Positions 7,925-15,811 of a stretch of DNA of 32,000 bases are shown here, one piece after another (within the stretch, counting starts at the first letter, position 1; each line of letters begins with the position of its first letter). Source of the DNA: Ignicoccus hospitalis KIN4/I (GTDB taxonomy: Archaea; Thermoproteota; Thermoprotei_A; Sulfolobales; Ignicoccaceae). Both the position numbers and the translations under genes were made by a program. The DNA is taken from contig NC_009776.1 in assembly GCF_000017945.1 (NCBI RefSeq), positions 1,080,001-1,112,000 of the forward strand. The letters are read 5' to 3'. Under the pieces are notes generated by a model, which had not been told where the DNA came from, did no database searches, and was given only the letters and a program-made list of their open reading frames with translations.

Positions 7925-9624
7925 GTGCCCTTAACTTCCTCCCTAAGGATCTTCAGCAAGTACTTTATCAAATCGGCCTTAGTTACCATGCCTACTAACT
8001 TAACGTTTTCGTCGATGACCATAGCGTGGTCCTCGCTCTTGTTCATCATTAACTCGATGACGTAAGCTATGCTAACTTTTTTATACACTATTACGCGGGG
8101 CAAGTACATTATCTCCTTTATCCTCTTACTGGGCTCCTCGACGATTAGCTCCTCCAAGCTCACCTCCCCTACGAGCTTGTCGTTCGCGTCCACCACCGGG
8201 TAGTGGTTGTGGGTTTCCTTGGCTGCCAAGTCCAAAGCCTCCGCTACCGTCATGTTCTCCGTGAACCTCAAGACGTTCTTATTAACTATATTTTCAACCT
8301 CCACCCTCAACGCCTTCTCGAACCCCTTCTTCTCCTTTAACTTCAAGTATATCTCAATGATACTCCTCTTCTTTATGTCTTGGGGCTCCGGGAGCTGGCC
8401 GGCGACCAAGCTTACGGGCAAGGTGAGCAAGTAGCCCACGCTGGCGGCCACGGTCGAGGTGAAGAAGGCTCCGAAGCCCAAAAACTCTACCCCTATGAGA
8501 ACGCTAGTTAGCAAGGTCTTCATTGAGGAGGCGAACAGCGAGGAGACGCCAGCTATCATTATTGGTTCAACCGTATGTATGGAGAAGAACTTGGCGTAGA
8601 GTAACCCTAGGGCGGAACCTATAGAGACCAAAGGCATGAAGAGGCCTCCGGTGGCGCCCCAAGTTAAGGATAGGGGGAGCAACAGGGACTTGGCTACGGC
8701 AACCAAGGCTAAGGTCTCTTCCTCGAGGGACTCGGGCTCGTTGAACACCTTTTCTGTCAACAAGTCGCCCGCCCCCGGCACCAAGGGGGATACGAGGAAA
8801 GTGGACGCTATTATTAACAAGCTCAACGCTAGGGGCGGGACGAACCAGTACCTCCTCCTCACGAACTTGTCGGACAGTTCGCCGCTCTTGTGCTTAATGA
8901 AGTAGATTATGTACGTAAGGGCGGCCGCAGTGCCCCCTACACCCAAGGAGGCGAGGACCACGTCCAAGCTCGGGTAGGGGGGCTTGAAGGGCCTGCTTAC
9001 CAACAGAAGCCTCTGGGGGCCCGCGAGGAACACCGTGACCAAGTACGAGGTGAGGGTGGCGACTAGGGCTTGTAGGAAGATCCCCCCTTCTATGGCCCTC
9101 TTGTAGGGCACCTCCATTGCGAACGCCATGGCCGTTAGGGGGGCTCTAAATACCGAGGCCACCCCCGCCGCCGCCCCTACCAGTACCATCCTCTTCAGCT
9201 CTTCCCCCCTCGCCCCCAACCACCAAGCGAGCCAGTAGCCGAAGAAGGCGCCGAGCGCTATTCCGGGGCCCTCGGGGCCCACCACCGCGCCCCCTAAGGC
9301 TGAAGTAATGGAGCCCAGCGTGTAAACGGCGAGCTCCTTCTTGCCTATGTAGCCCAACTTCGCGTGGTAGGAGCGCACCACGTAGCTTGTGGAGGAGCCG
9401 TGGAGGGTGCCGAGCAACTTCTTCAAGAAGTACGCGGTGAAGAGTATGCTCGAAACGGAGACGAGAGCGAATAGGTGAGGGTAATTCGTAGCGAGGACGT
9501 ATCTGAACTTGTTGGACCATACGAATACGTCCGTGAAGAAAGCGACTGCCGCGCCGGAGACCAAGCCTATTAGGAAGGCCGCGCCGAGCGCTTGTAGGTC
9601 CTCTGGGAGGTCATTAACCTTCAC
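7921..9624 (-). CDS. ClC-family voltage-gated chloride channel/antiporter with C-terminal CBS pair
   Basis: 567 aa with a GTG start and multiple TM helices. The ClC selectivity motifs are GPEGPGIALGAFFG (the G(K/R)EGP type) and GGLFMPLVS (GxFxP). The C-terminal region has two CBS repeats (...THNHYPVVDANDKLVGEVSLEELI..., ...SEDHAMVIDENVKLVGMVTKADLI). Confidence 0.85.
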   Translation of the reverse strand: MKVNDLPEDLQALGAAFLIGLVSGAAVAFFTDVFVWSNKFRYVLATNYPHLFALVSVSSILFTAYFLKKLLGTLHGSSTSYVVRSYHAKLGYIGKKELAVYTLGSITSALGGAVVGPEGPGIALGAFFGYWLAWWLGARGEELKRMVLVGAAAGVASVFRAPLTAMAFAMEVPYKRAIEGGIFLQALVATLTSYLVTVFLAGPQRLLLVSRPFKPPYPSLDVVLASLGVGGTAAALTYIIYFIKHKSGELSDKFVRRRYWFVPPLALSLLIIASTFLVSPLVPGAGDLLTEKVFNEPESLEEETLALVAVAKSLLLPLSLTWGATGGLFMPLVSIGSALGLLYAKFFSIHTVEPIMIAGVSSLFASSMKTLLTSVLIGVEFLGFGAFFTSTVAASVGYLLTLPVSLVAGQLPEPQDIKKRSIIEIYLKLKEKKGFEKALRVEVENIVNKNVLRFTENMTVAEALDLAAKETHNHYPVVDANDKLVGEVSLEELIVEEPSKRIKEIMYLPRVIVYKKVSIAYVIELMMNKSEDHAMVIDENVKLVGMVTKADLIKYLLKILREEVKGT

Positions 9625-9895
9625 TTAAGCCCCTCTTAGGGAGCTGGGCCAAACTCTAAAAACGCGTGTTTTAGTTCTCGAGGGCTACTTCCTCTTCGTA
9701 CGGAAAAACTCCCTCCTCGAAGTCCTCCGGCGGTAGGGGCAACACCATGGGTCTCTTGGGTACTACCTTCACGCTCATCTTCTCGTTCCCCGTGTGGGGG
9801 TTAGGAGAGGAGGGCTTATAAAATAGGCATATATAAGTGTTTGTGATTGTAAAAGAAATATAGCTTCACAAAACCCGTATATGTCAGCTCAGACC

Positions 9896-10060
9896 TCACT
9901 CCTCCTCCAAGGCTTCCCTAGCTATCGCCTTGGCCTCCTCGCTGCTCAGGAGCTCCTTGAGCTTCTCTTGGAGGCACCTCCGGTACTCCTCCTCGCTTTT
10001 GGAGATGGCCTTACACTCCCTCTCCACGCTCTCCAAGAGCTCCGCCGCTCTGTCCGCCAC
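9896..10060 (-). CDS. small helical hypothetical protein (54 aa, GTG start)
   Basis: My minus-strand translation is VADRAAELLESVERECKAISKSEEEYRRCLQEKLKELLSSEEAKAIAREALEEE*. The GTG follows an in-frame stop and lies 7-8 nt downstream of a perfect GAGGTGA Shine-Dalgarno. TTTTAA is about 40 nt upstream. Its composition is host-like, whereas the plus-strand track ORF 9881..10066 is Leu-rich and looks antisense. Confidence 0.35.
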   Translation of the reverse strand: MADRAAELLESVERECKAISKSEEEYRRCLQEKLKELLSSEEAKAIAREALEEE

Positions 10061-10100
10061 CTATAAATCACCTCTCGCAAGGGGGCTTTCAAGGGGAATT

Positions 10101-10159
10101 AAAATATGATGAGGGCGTCCTATTCTGAGCGGGTGATGAGAGACCCGGAACTGAACCGC
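10101..10159 (+). ncRNA. C/D-box sRNA (2'-O-methylation guide)
   Basis: All four boxes are present with archaeal spacing. They are the C box ATGATGA (10106-10112), a 12-nt guide GGGCGTCCTATT, the D' box CTGA (10125-10128) and a 4-5 nt loop. These are followed by the C' box (G)TGATGA (10133-10139), an 11-nt guide GAGACCCGGAA and the D box CTGA (10151-10154). The element sits in an intergenic region. Confidence 0.7.
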
Positions 10160-10243
10160 TCGAATTATCTAAGAAGTATTAGGTAACTACTGAGGCCCGC
10201 GCGTCACAGCGCCCCGAGGGCCTACCCATACTCGGGAGCACCA

Positions 10244-10477
10244 ATGCTGGCACTCCACTTGAAGCTGCCTTTCTTCTCTCACCCTATGAGCGAAGAAGAG
10301 GCCATAATCAAATCTATCAACGGCGAGGTCGTGAGCATAGAAAAGCTCAACGACCTCTACGTAGTTAAGGTGAAGGGGTGCTCTCACTTGGACGTGAGGG
10401 CCGCTAAGGCGTGGTTAGTTAAGTCCGGCTTTAAATCATTGGCTAAGAAGACCGTGTTCGTGTGCCTCCCAACTTAA
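10244..10477 (+). CDS. hypothetical small protein
   Basis: 77 aa, or 63 aa if it starts at MSEEEA (ATG 10286). Composition is host-like. It is followed 10 nt later by the next gene. No family recognised. Confidence 0.4.
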   Translation: MLALHLKLPFFSHPMSEEEAIIKSINGEVVSIEKLNDLYVVKVKGCSHLDVRAAKAWLVKSGFKSLAKKTVFVCLPT

Positions 10478-10487
10478 AAGTTCCCTT

Positions 10488-11024
10488 ATGCGGAAAGGGG
10501 GGAGATGTGAATTGAAGTGCGTGAGCGACTTCTGCTTCTTGGAGGACGTGGAAGTACCGGAAATAGACAAGCCGGAGAACGAAGGAGCGCTGCTGATAAA
10601 CACTAACGAAGACCCCATAAAGACAGAGTACGTGACGGTCTACCACCAACCCCTATGCGTCAACTCCACCTTCCCCTTCGGAAACTTCGTGCGGGCAGTA
10701 GAGAGGGCCGTCAAGGAGAAGGGCAAGGTCTTCGTGACCAGTAAGGAGGGCTGCGGAAGGGCTTCGGCCGTGGCGGTGGCCGCCGCCTTGGCTTCCAAGG
10801 TAGACTTTGAGAGAGTGAAGTCGAAGTTCGGCGAGTGTAAGATGAACTACGAACAGTTGGTTAACGCGATCTTCGTGGGGCTGGTCATGAGGAAGTTCGG
10901 CGCCGAGCTGGGGGCGGAGAAGTTGCTGAACGGCTGTGAGGGCATAAAGGGGTTTAGGAACACCAGGGAGCTGTGCGAGTTAAGGGAGGAGGCCCACGAG
11001 CTGGCGCTCCAGTGGTCACCTTAA
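10488..11024 (+). CDS. hypothetical protein; possible Cys-to-Ser dual-specificity-phosphatase-like fold (tentative)
   Basis: 178 aa. The segment KVFVTSKEGCGRASAVAVAAALA aligns position-for-position with the PTP/DUSP P-loop V.VHC.AG.SRS......Yl. Thr-Ser replaces His-Cys, while the Gly and Arg are retained. The rest is not recognisable by eye. Confidence 0.5.
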   Translation: MRKGGRCELKCVSDFCFLEDVEVPEIDKPENEGALLINTNEDPIKTEYVTVYHQPLCVNSTFPFGNFVRAVERAVKEKGKVFVTSKEGCGRASAVAVAAALASKVDFERVKSKFGECKMNYEQLVNAIFVGLVMRKFGAELGAEKLLNGCEGIKGFRNTRELCELREEAHELALQWSP

Positions 11025-12605
11025 GGCTTCCACGTCCAGCTCCAACACCGCCGTGGGGAGCTCCACCCCCACTTTTTGTAAGTACTCCGGGTGCACCTCG
11101 CCCATCACGCCCACGACCTTGTCCCCGACAATTACAGCAGCCGCCCTCCCCTCTATGAAGGGCCTGACCTTAACCTCTTCCAAGGCGTACCGGAAGCCCA
11201 AGGTGAGGGCGAGCCCCTTTAAGACTGCTCCGACGTCAGTTAGGGTCACCTTGTCCCCTGCCACCGCGACGCCCACCCTCCAAGCGGTCTTGTCCTTGAG
11301 GACCACCGGCCCCACCTCGAAGACCTCGACCCTCGACAAGGCCTCTTGGTTCTGCTTGACCGCCAGCAACAAGGAAGGCACCAAGCTCGGGCGGAGGGCG
11401 GAGTAGCTCTTCAGCCTGGGGTTTAGTACCTTCACCGGCTCCACTCCCAAAAGCTCCTCCACCAGCTCCCCGTCTATTAAGGCAAAGTTGAACACCTCCT
11501 CTAAACCCATGGAGGTCAGGATCCTCGCCAAGTAGTCCTTGAAGTAGTCCCGGGAGCCCCAGTGGGTGGGGGGCAGCGCCTCGGCGGGGACCTTGTTGTA
11601 ACCGTAAGCGGAGAGTGCGTCCTCCGCCAAGTCCACCTCGGAGAACACGTCTATCCGGTAGGGCGGCGCCACCGCCCACTCCCCCTCCACGAAGAGGCCC
11701 ATCTTCCTCAACAGCCCCTCTACGTCCTCCAGTTCGAAGCCTGCCACCCTCTTTATCGCCTCCTTGTCCAGCCTCACTTTCCTGTACTTCAGCCTGGGAG
11801 TCTTCATGTTAGCGCCTATCACCTCCACCCTCTGGAGCTCCGGTCGGGGGGAACGCTCAGCCAAGGAAGTAACCATGACGTCCAGAACCCTCAGCATTAC
11901 CTCCGGCACGGTGCCGGTCACGTCCACGAACACGTTCTTCGTGTTTTCATCAACCTTGTAGTCTTCTGCGTTAAGTATGGGAGCCAAGGACATGATCTTA
12001 CCTTCGCTGACGAAAGCCGGGTACTGGCCCTTCACCACCAAGTGGCCGTACTCCTTACCTTTCTCGGTCCTTTCGAGCACCTCCTCGAAGGTCATCTCCT
12101 CCGAGTAGCCCAAGGGTACCATCCTCCCTTCGCTCAAGGACTTGTACTCTATGACCAGCCCCTCCTCCCACCGGGGGTTCAGCTTGTCCAAGTCGTAGAG
12201 ACCTATGGACACGATCTCCCTCTTGTTGCCGTAGCTTATGGCAAGCTTCTCTTGGAGCTGGAACAGCTGCCTTATCGCTTCGTCGTCCAGCTCTAAGTTC
12301 TTGACCACGGCGCCGAAGGCGTAGGGCCTGTACCTCGGCGCCCGCGTGATGTCTAGCTTTACCCTCCCGTCCTCGGCCTCGTAGCGCGGGGGCTCTCTGT
12401 AACCCAAGAACACTCCCAAGGCCCTCCCCAAGCCCTCGGCGGAGAACAAGTCCGCCCTGTCGTGGGGAGCCTCGTAGGTAAGCTCCTCCGTACCCAGCTC
12501 CTCCACTTCCAGCTTCAGAGCCTCTAGGACCGGCCGGAGGTCCTCGGACAGAGGCCCTCGGGCGAGGCGCTCCAAGTCCCACAGCTTGACCGTGACTACT
12601 GGCAA
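11016..12605 (-). CDS. pheT: phenylalanine--tRNA ligase beta subunit
   Basis: 529 aa. It has the archaeal PheT N-terminus MPVVTVKLWDLERL..., a B3/4-like region and a C-terminal catalytic-like fold. It sits 27 nt downstream of pheS on the same strand. Confidence 0.9.
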   Translation of the reverse strand: MPVVTVKLWDLERLARGPLSEDLRPVLEALKLEVEELGTEELTYEAPHDRADLFSAEGLGRALGVFLGYREPPRYEAEDGRVKLDITRAPRYRPYAFGAVVKNLELDDEAIRQLFQLQEKLAISYGNKREIVSIGLYDLDKLNPRWEEGLVIEYKSLSEGRMVPLGYSEEMTFEEVLERTEKGKEYGHLVVKGQYPAFVSEGKIMSLAPILNAEDYKVDENTKNVFVDVTGTVPEVMLRVLDVMVTSLAERSPRPELQRVEVIGANMKTPRLKYRKVRLDKEAIKRVAGFELEDVEGLLRKMGLFVEGEWAVAPPYRIDVFSEVDLAEDALSAYGYNKVPAEALPPTHWGSRDYFKDYLARILTSMGLEEVFNFALIDGELVEELLGVEPVKVLNPRLKSYSALRPSLVPSLLLAVKQNQEALSRVEVFEVGPVVLKDKTAWRVGVAVAGDKVTLTDVGAVLKGLALTLGFRYALEEVKVRPFIEGRAAAVIVGDKVVGVMGEVHPEYLQKVGVELPTAVLELDVEALR

Positions 12606-12632
12606 GCCTCTCCCCTGGGGGATGTAAAGGAA

Positions 12633-14069
12633 TCAAAATAACGCCTTCCCCGACCACAGGCCCTTTATAGGCTTCACCTTCCTCAGCTTTATCAAGTCGT
12701 TGGAGTACAAGTCCCTTATGTCAGAGAGCCCCAAGGCCAGCATGGCGAGCCTGTCTATCCCTATCCCCCAAGCCGCCACGGAGAAGTCCCCGAGGCCCAA
12801 CGGCTTCAACATCTCCGGCCTGAACATCCCTCCCGGGAAGACCTCGACCCAGCCCAGCTCAGGGTGCTTGACGAAGCCCTCCACGGAGGGCTCGGTAAAG
12901 GGGAAGTAAGCCGGCTTGAACTTGACCTCCCCCAAGCCGAGCTTCTTAGCGAACTCCTTGAAGAAGCCCAACAAGTGCTTGAACGACACCTCCTTCCCCA
13001 CTATTATCCCCTCGAGCTGGTGGAACTCCATGGAGTGCGTCGGGTCCAATGTCTCTGACCTAAACACCCTGTCCAAGGAGAACGCTCTGTACTCCCCTCC
13101 CCCACGGGAGTACATGGTCTGCGCGCTTACCACGGTGGTGTGGGTCCTCAAGAGGACCTTCAACGCAACTTCGGCCCTCCAGTAGCCCCACATCTCCCGG
13201 TGCACCTCCGCGACCTCCTCCAAGAGCCCCTCGGGCGGGGGAGGCACCCGGGCCCCGGACGCGTAGAACACGTCTGTCTCCGAGCGGGCCGGGTGGAACT
13301 GGGGGACCAAGAGCACGTCGAAGTTCCAGAAGGCGTTGGTTACGTAGTCCCCCACGACCTCCTCGAACCCCATAGATACCAAGACCTCCTTCACGTACTC
13401 GTGGAACTCCAATAGCGGGTGCCTCCTCTTGGGAAGCCTCGCGGGGAACTCCACGCTCAAGTCAAACTTCTTGAACTCGGCGTCTTTCCAAGTCCCCTCT
13501 ATTAAGTCCTTCCTAGTTAGGGCGGTAACCGTCTTACTCGGGACTAGCTCCCCGCGCTCCAAGGCCTTCAAGGCCAACTCCGAAGGTTTTATTATTATCT
13601 TCTTCACCTTGACCTTCCTTAAGAACCCCCTCTTCCGGAGCTCCTCGCAGGGGCTCCCCTCCTCCAAGCACCTCCTAACCCTCGAGGCGTACTCCTTCAA
13701 CACATTCGCGTCGTAACACAGCTTGCCTTCCCTTATTTCGCCCCCCAAGCGCTTAGCGAGGCCTATCGCGACCCCCGCCTCGGGCCCGAGCTTCGACTTG
13801 AGCTCGCTCAGCTCGACACACTCCCCCATCTCTAACAACTTCTCCTCCGGCAACCTTTCGCTCAGATACTTCTTCCCCTTCTCGTTAAGCTCGAAAGTTT
13901 CCACCTCGACGCGCTCAACCTCCACTAACCCCTTCTTCTCCAGTTCCGCCAGGGGCCTCATGAGTTCTTCCTTCCTCTTTCCTAACTTCTTGGCCACCGT
14001 TTCGAGGTCCTCTCCGTCCTTGCTGAGTGACACGAGCAAGCGGTACTGTTCCTCGGGCACCCTTATCAA
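12633..14069 (-). CDS. pheS: phenylalanine--tRNA ligase alpha subunit
   Basis: 478 aa with a TTG start. Class II aaRS motifs are present: FRSETLDPTHSMEFHQLEGIIVG (motif 2), FKPAYFPFTEPSVE and AWGIGIDRLAMLALG (motif 3). The N-terminus has winged-helix-like repeats. Confidence 0.9.
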   Translation of the reverse strand: MIRVPEEQYRLLVSLSKDGEDLETVAKKLGKRKEELMRPLAELEKKGLVEVERVEVETFELNEKGKKYLSERLPEEKLLEMGECVELSELKSKLGPEAGVAIGLAKRLGGEIREGKLCYDANVLKEYASRVRRCLEEGSPCEELRKRGFLRKVKVKKIIIKPSELALKALERGELVPSKTVTALTRKDLIEGTWKDAEFKKFDLSVEFPARLPKRRHPLLEFHEYVKEVLVSMGFEEVVGDYVTNAFWNFDVLLVPQFHPARSETDVFYASGARVPPPPEGLLEEVAEVHREMWGYWRAEVALKVLLRTHTTVVSAQTMYSRGGGEYRAFSLDRVFRSETLDPTHSMEFHQLEGIIVGKEVSFKHLLGFFKEFAKKLGLGEVKFKPAYFPFTEPSVEGFVKHPELGWVEVFPGGMFRPEMLKPLGLGDFSVAAWGIGIDRLAMLALGLSDIRDLYSNDLIKLRKVKPIKGLWSGKALF

Positions 14070-14162
14070 GAAAGGTCCCTACGACATAACTTGGGGGACT
14101 AAAAAGGCGGATGAGGAGCGCTAGGCCGCTCGAGCGGTGAGGAGAGGCCCTCTTCCGACGCC

Positions 14163-15701
14163 TCATATGTCGAAGTACTGGTAGAACTCCGCCGGGTGCG
14201 GGTAGCTCTCTATCTTCAAGCACTCCTCTTTCTTCATCTCTATCCAAGTCTCCAACATCTCCTTGGTGAATATGGGGAACAGCCAGTCGTGGTCGTTCTC
14301 CAGCTCCTCTATCGCCTCGCACAAGGTCCTCGGCAGCTGCAAGGGGGTGCCGAGCTGCTTCCTCACTACCTCTTCCAACTCCCTCCTCGTCTTCGGGTCC
14401 ATGGCGTATATGTTCTGGTCCACCGGCGGCGGGGGCTCGATCTTCTTCTTGATGCCGTCCAAGCCCGCGGCAACCATCGCCGCGAAGGCCAAGTAGGGGT
14501 TGGTGCTGGGGTCGGGGGAGCGGTACTCTATCCTCGCCGCCTTCGGCACTCCCCTCATGTAGTTCGGCACCCTGATTATGGCGGAGCGGTTGGCCTTGCT
14601 CCAAGCTATGTATATGGGGGCCTCGTAGCCCGGCACCAGCCTCTTGTAGCTGGAGGTGGTCGGGTTGACTATCGCGCTGAGCGCCCTGGCGTGCTTCAAG
14701 ATACCTCCTATGTAGTACCTAGCCAGCTGGCTCAGCTCCGCGTACTCGTCGTTGGGGTCGTAGAACAAGTTCTCGTCTTTGTCCTTGCTCCACAAGCTCT
14801 GGTGGGTGTGCATGCCGTTTCCGTTGTCGGCGTAGACGGGCTTGGGCATGAACGTCGCTACCAGGCCGTACTTGGCAGCCACGTTCTTTACCACGAACTT
14901 CAAGGTGACTACCTTGTCAGCCGCTCTGGTGAGCGTGTCGAAACGGAAGTCTATCTCGCCTTGGCCGGGGGAGGCCACCTCGTGGTGGTGAGCCTCCACT
15001 TGTATCCCGAAATGGTCCTCGAGCACGGTAGCTATCTCTTGCCTTATCCAGAACATCTTGTCGTATGGTATGGCCGGCACGTAACCTTCCTCGAACCTTA
15101 TGATCGGGAGCTCCGTGTTCCACGCGGCCTCGGCAGAGACCACCTCCACGTGCATCTTCTTCCAAGGTCTGTCCACCTCATTGATTACTTTGTTGAGTAT
15201 CATGAACTCCACTTCGGGACCGAAGTAGGCCTTGTACCCTTGCTCAGCTAGGTACTCCTCGGCCCTCTCCGCTATGTACCTCGGGTCCTTCTCGAACCTC
15301 TTCGCTTCGCCCTTCTTATAACCTCCCCAGAAGATCTGAGCCAAGAACCTAGCGGTCCTCCCCGCGGCCACCCCCGGAGGGCTCTGCCAGTCGTCCGGAA
15401 TTATTGCGAAGGTCTCCGGCACGGGCCTCAAGAGCATGTCGCTCTCGTTAATCATAGTGAAGCCCTTTATGGAGGAGCCGTCAAAGCCCCCAACGGCGAC
15501 GTTGAAGGCGTTCTCCGGGTCGTCCAGTATCTCCCGCGCGGGGAAGGTCATTTGTTGCAACCTTCCGGGGACGTCCAAGAACTGGACCATCACCCACCTG
15601 ACGTTCTCGGTTTTCATGCTCTCCACTACTTCCTTAACCAACTCCTCGCGTGACACAACTGTTCCCGCGTTCCCCTTCACTGATAAACAAGTATTTATCA
15701 T
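14163..15701 (-). CDS. glnA: glutamine synthetase, type I
   Basis: It has the N-terminal beta-grasp (VRWVMVQFLDVPGRLQ..., FDGSSIKGF) and the catalytic region (FGPEVEFMI, MPKPVYADNGNGMHTHQSLW, NRSAIIRVP, RIEYRSPDPSTNPYLAFAAM). The start is uncertain among ATG 15701, GTG 15680 and ATG 15617. Confidence 0.9.
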   Translation of the reverse strand: MINTCLSVKGNAGTVVSREELVKEVVESMKTENVRWVMVQFLDVPGRLQQMTFPAREILDDPENAFNVAVGGFDGSSIKGFTMINESDMLLRPVPETFAIIPDDWQSPPGVAAGRTARFLAQIFWGGYKKGEAKRFEKDPRYIAERAEEYLAEQGYKAYFGPEVEFMILNKVINEVDRPWKKMHVEVVSAEAAWNTELPIIRFEEGYVPAIPYDKMFWIRQEIATVLEDHFGIQVEAHHHEVASPGQGEIDFRFDTLTRAADKVVTLKFVVKNVAAKYGLVATFMPKPVYADNGNGMHTHQSLWSKDKDENLFYDPNDEYAELSQLARYYIGGILKHARALSAIVNPTTSSYKRLVPGYEAPIYIAWSKANRSAIIRVPNYMRGVPKAARIEYRSPDPSTNPYLAFAAMVAAGLDGIKKKIEPPPPVDQNIYAMDPKTRRELEEVVRKQLGTPLQLPRTLCEAIEELENDHDWLFPIFTKEMLETWIEMKKEECLKIESYPHPAEFYQYFDI

Positions 15702-15729
15702 CTATCCCAATATTACTGAACAATGTTCA
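15681..15729. promoter_or_regulatory. two inverted repeats at the glnA start/leader: TGATAAA-N6-TTTATCA (15681-15700) and TGAACA-A-TGTTCA (15717-15729)
   Basis: Both are perfect palindromic arms read directly from the sequence. They lie between the minus-strand TATA-like TTTATAGAAAT (complement of 15741-15751) and the glnA coding region. A third TGTTCA copy at 15756-15761 flanks the TATA on the other side. A regulatory function is inferred only. Confidence 0.3.
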
Positions 15730-15811
15730 CAAAATTGTCAATTTCTATAAACGTTTGTTCATTTAAGCACGGAAAAGCTAAGGCTCGAGGCAACGCGTGT
15801 TTACGCACTCC

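Noticed and set aside
9655-9665. 11-mer AACGCGTGTTT shared by the ClC upstream spacer and the glnA-feoA spacer (15792-15802)
   Set aside because: A single exact 11-mer repeat is within chance expectation for a 32-kb window, even when restricted to intergenic DNA. There is no extended similarity around it.
10100-10160. Fluoride (crcB-motif) riboswitch near the ClC gene
   Set aside because: The element points away from the ClC gene. It lacks the GGCGAUG...AAC.GCC...CUGAUG..CCUAC arrangement and instead fits C/D' /C'/D boxes with 12- and 11-nt spacers exactly.
11562-12296. 244-aa plus-strand ORF, plus 11236..11679 and 12055..12657 minus-strand alternative frames
   Set aside because: They are antisense to, or out of frame with, pheT. 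They are Arg/Gly/Pro/Leu-rich, and pheT explains the region.
14100-14162. 12-bp palindrome CCGCTCGAGCGG and GGAAGAGGGCCTCTCC hairpin plus an oligo-T tract downstream of glnA, as a defined terminator
   Set aside because: This is plausible as a glnA terminator (T5 on the minus strand at about 14101-14105). However, archaeal termination needs only oligo-T. The palindrome contains an XhoI-type site that can arise by chance, and the same 93 nt must also hold the pheS promoter. The evidence is too ambiguous to report as a feature.
14196-15251. 351-aa plus-strand ORF
   Set aside because: It is entirely antisense to glnA, whose product carries all the glutamine synthetase signatures. The antisense product is Leu/Arg/Gly/His/Val-rich with no motif. 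Long shadow ORFs are expected with this codon bias.
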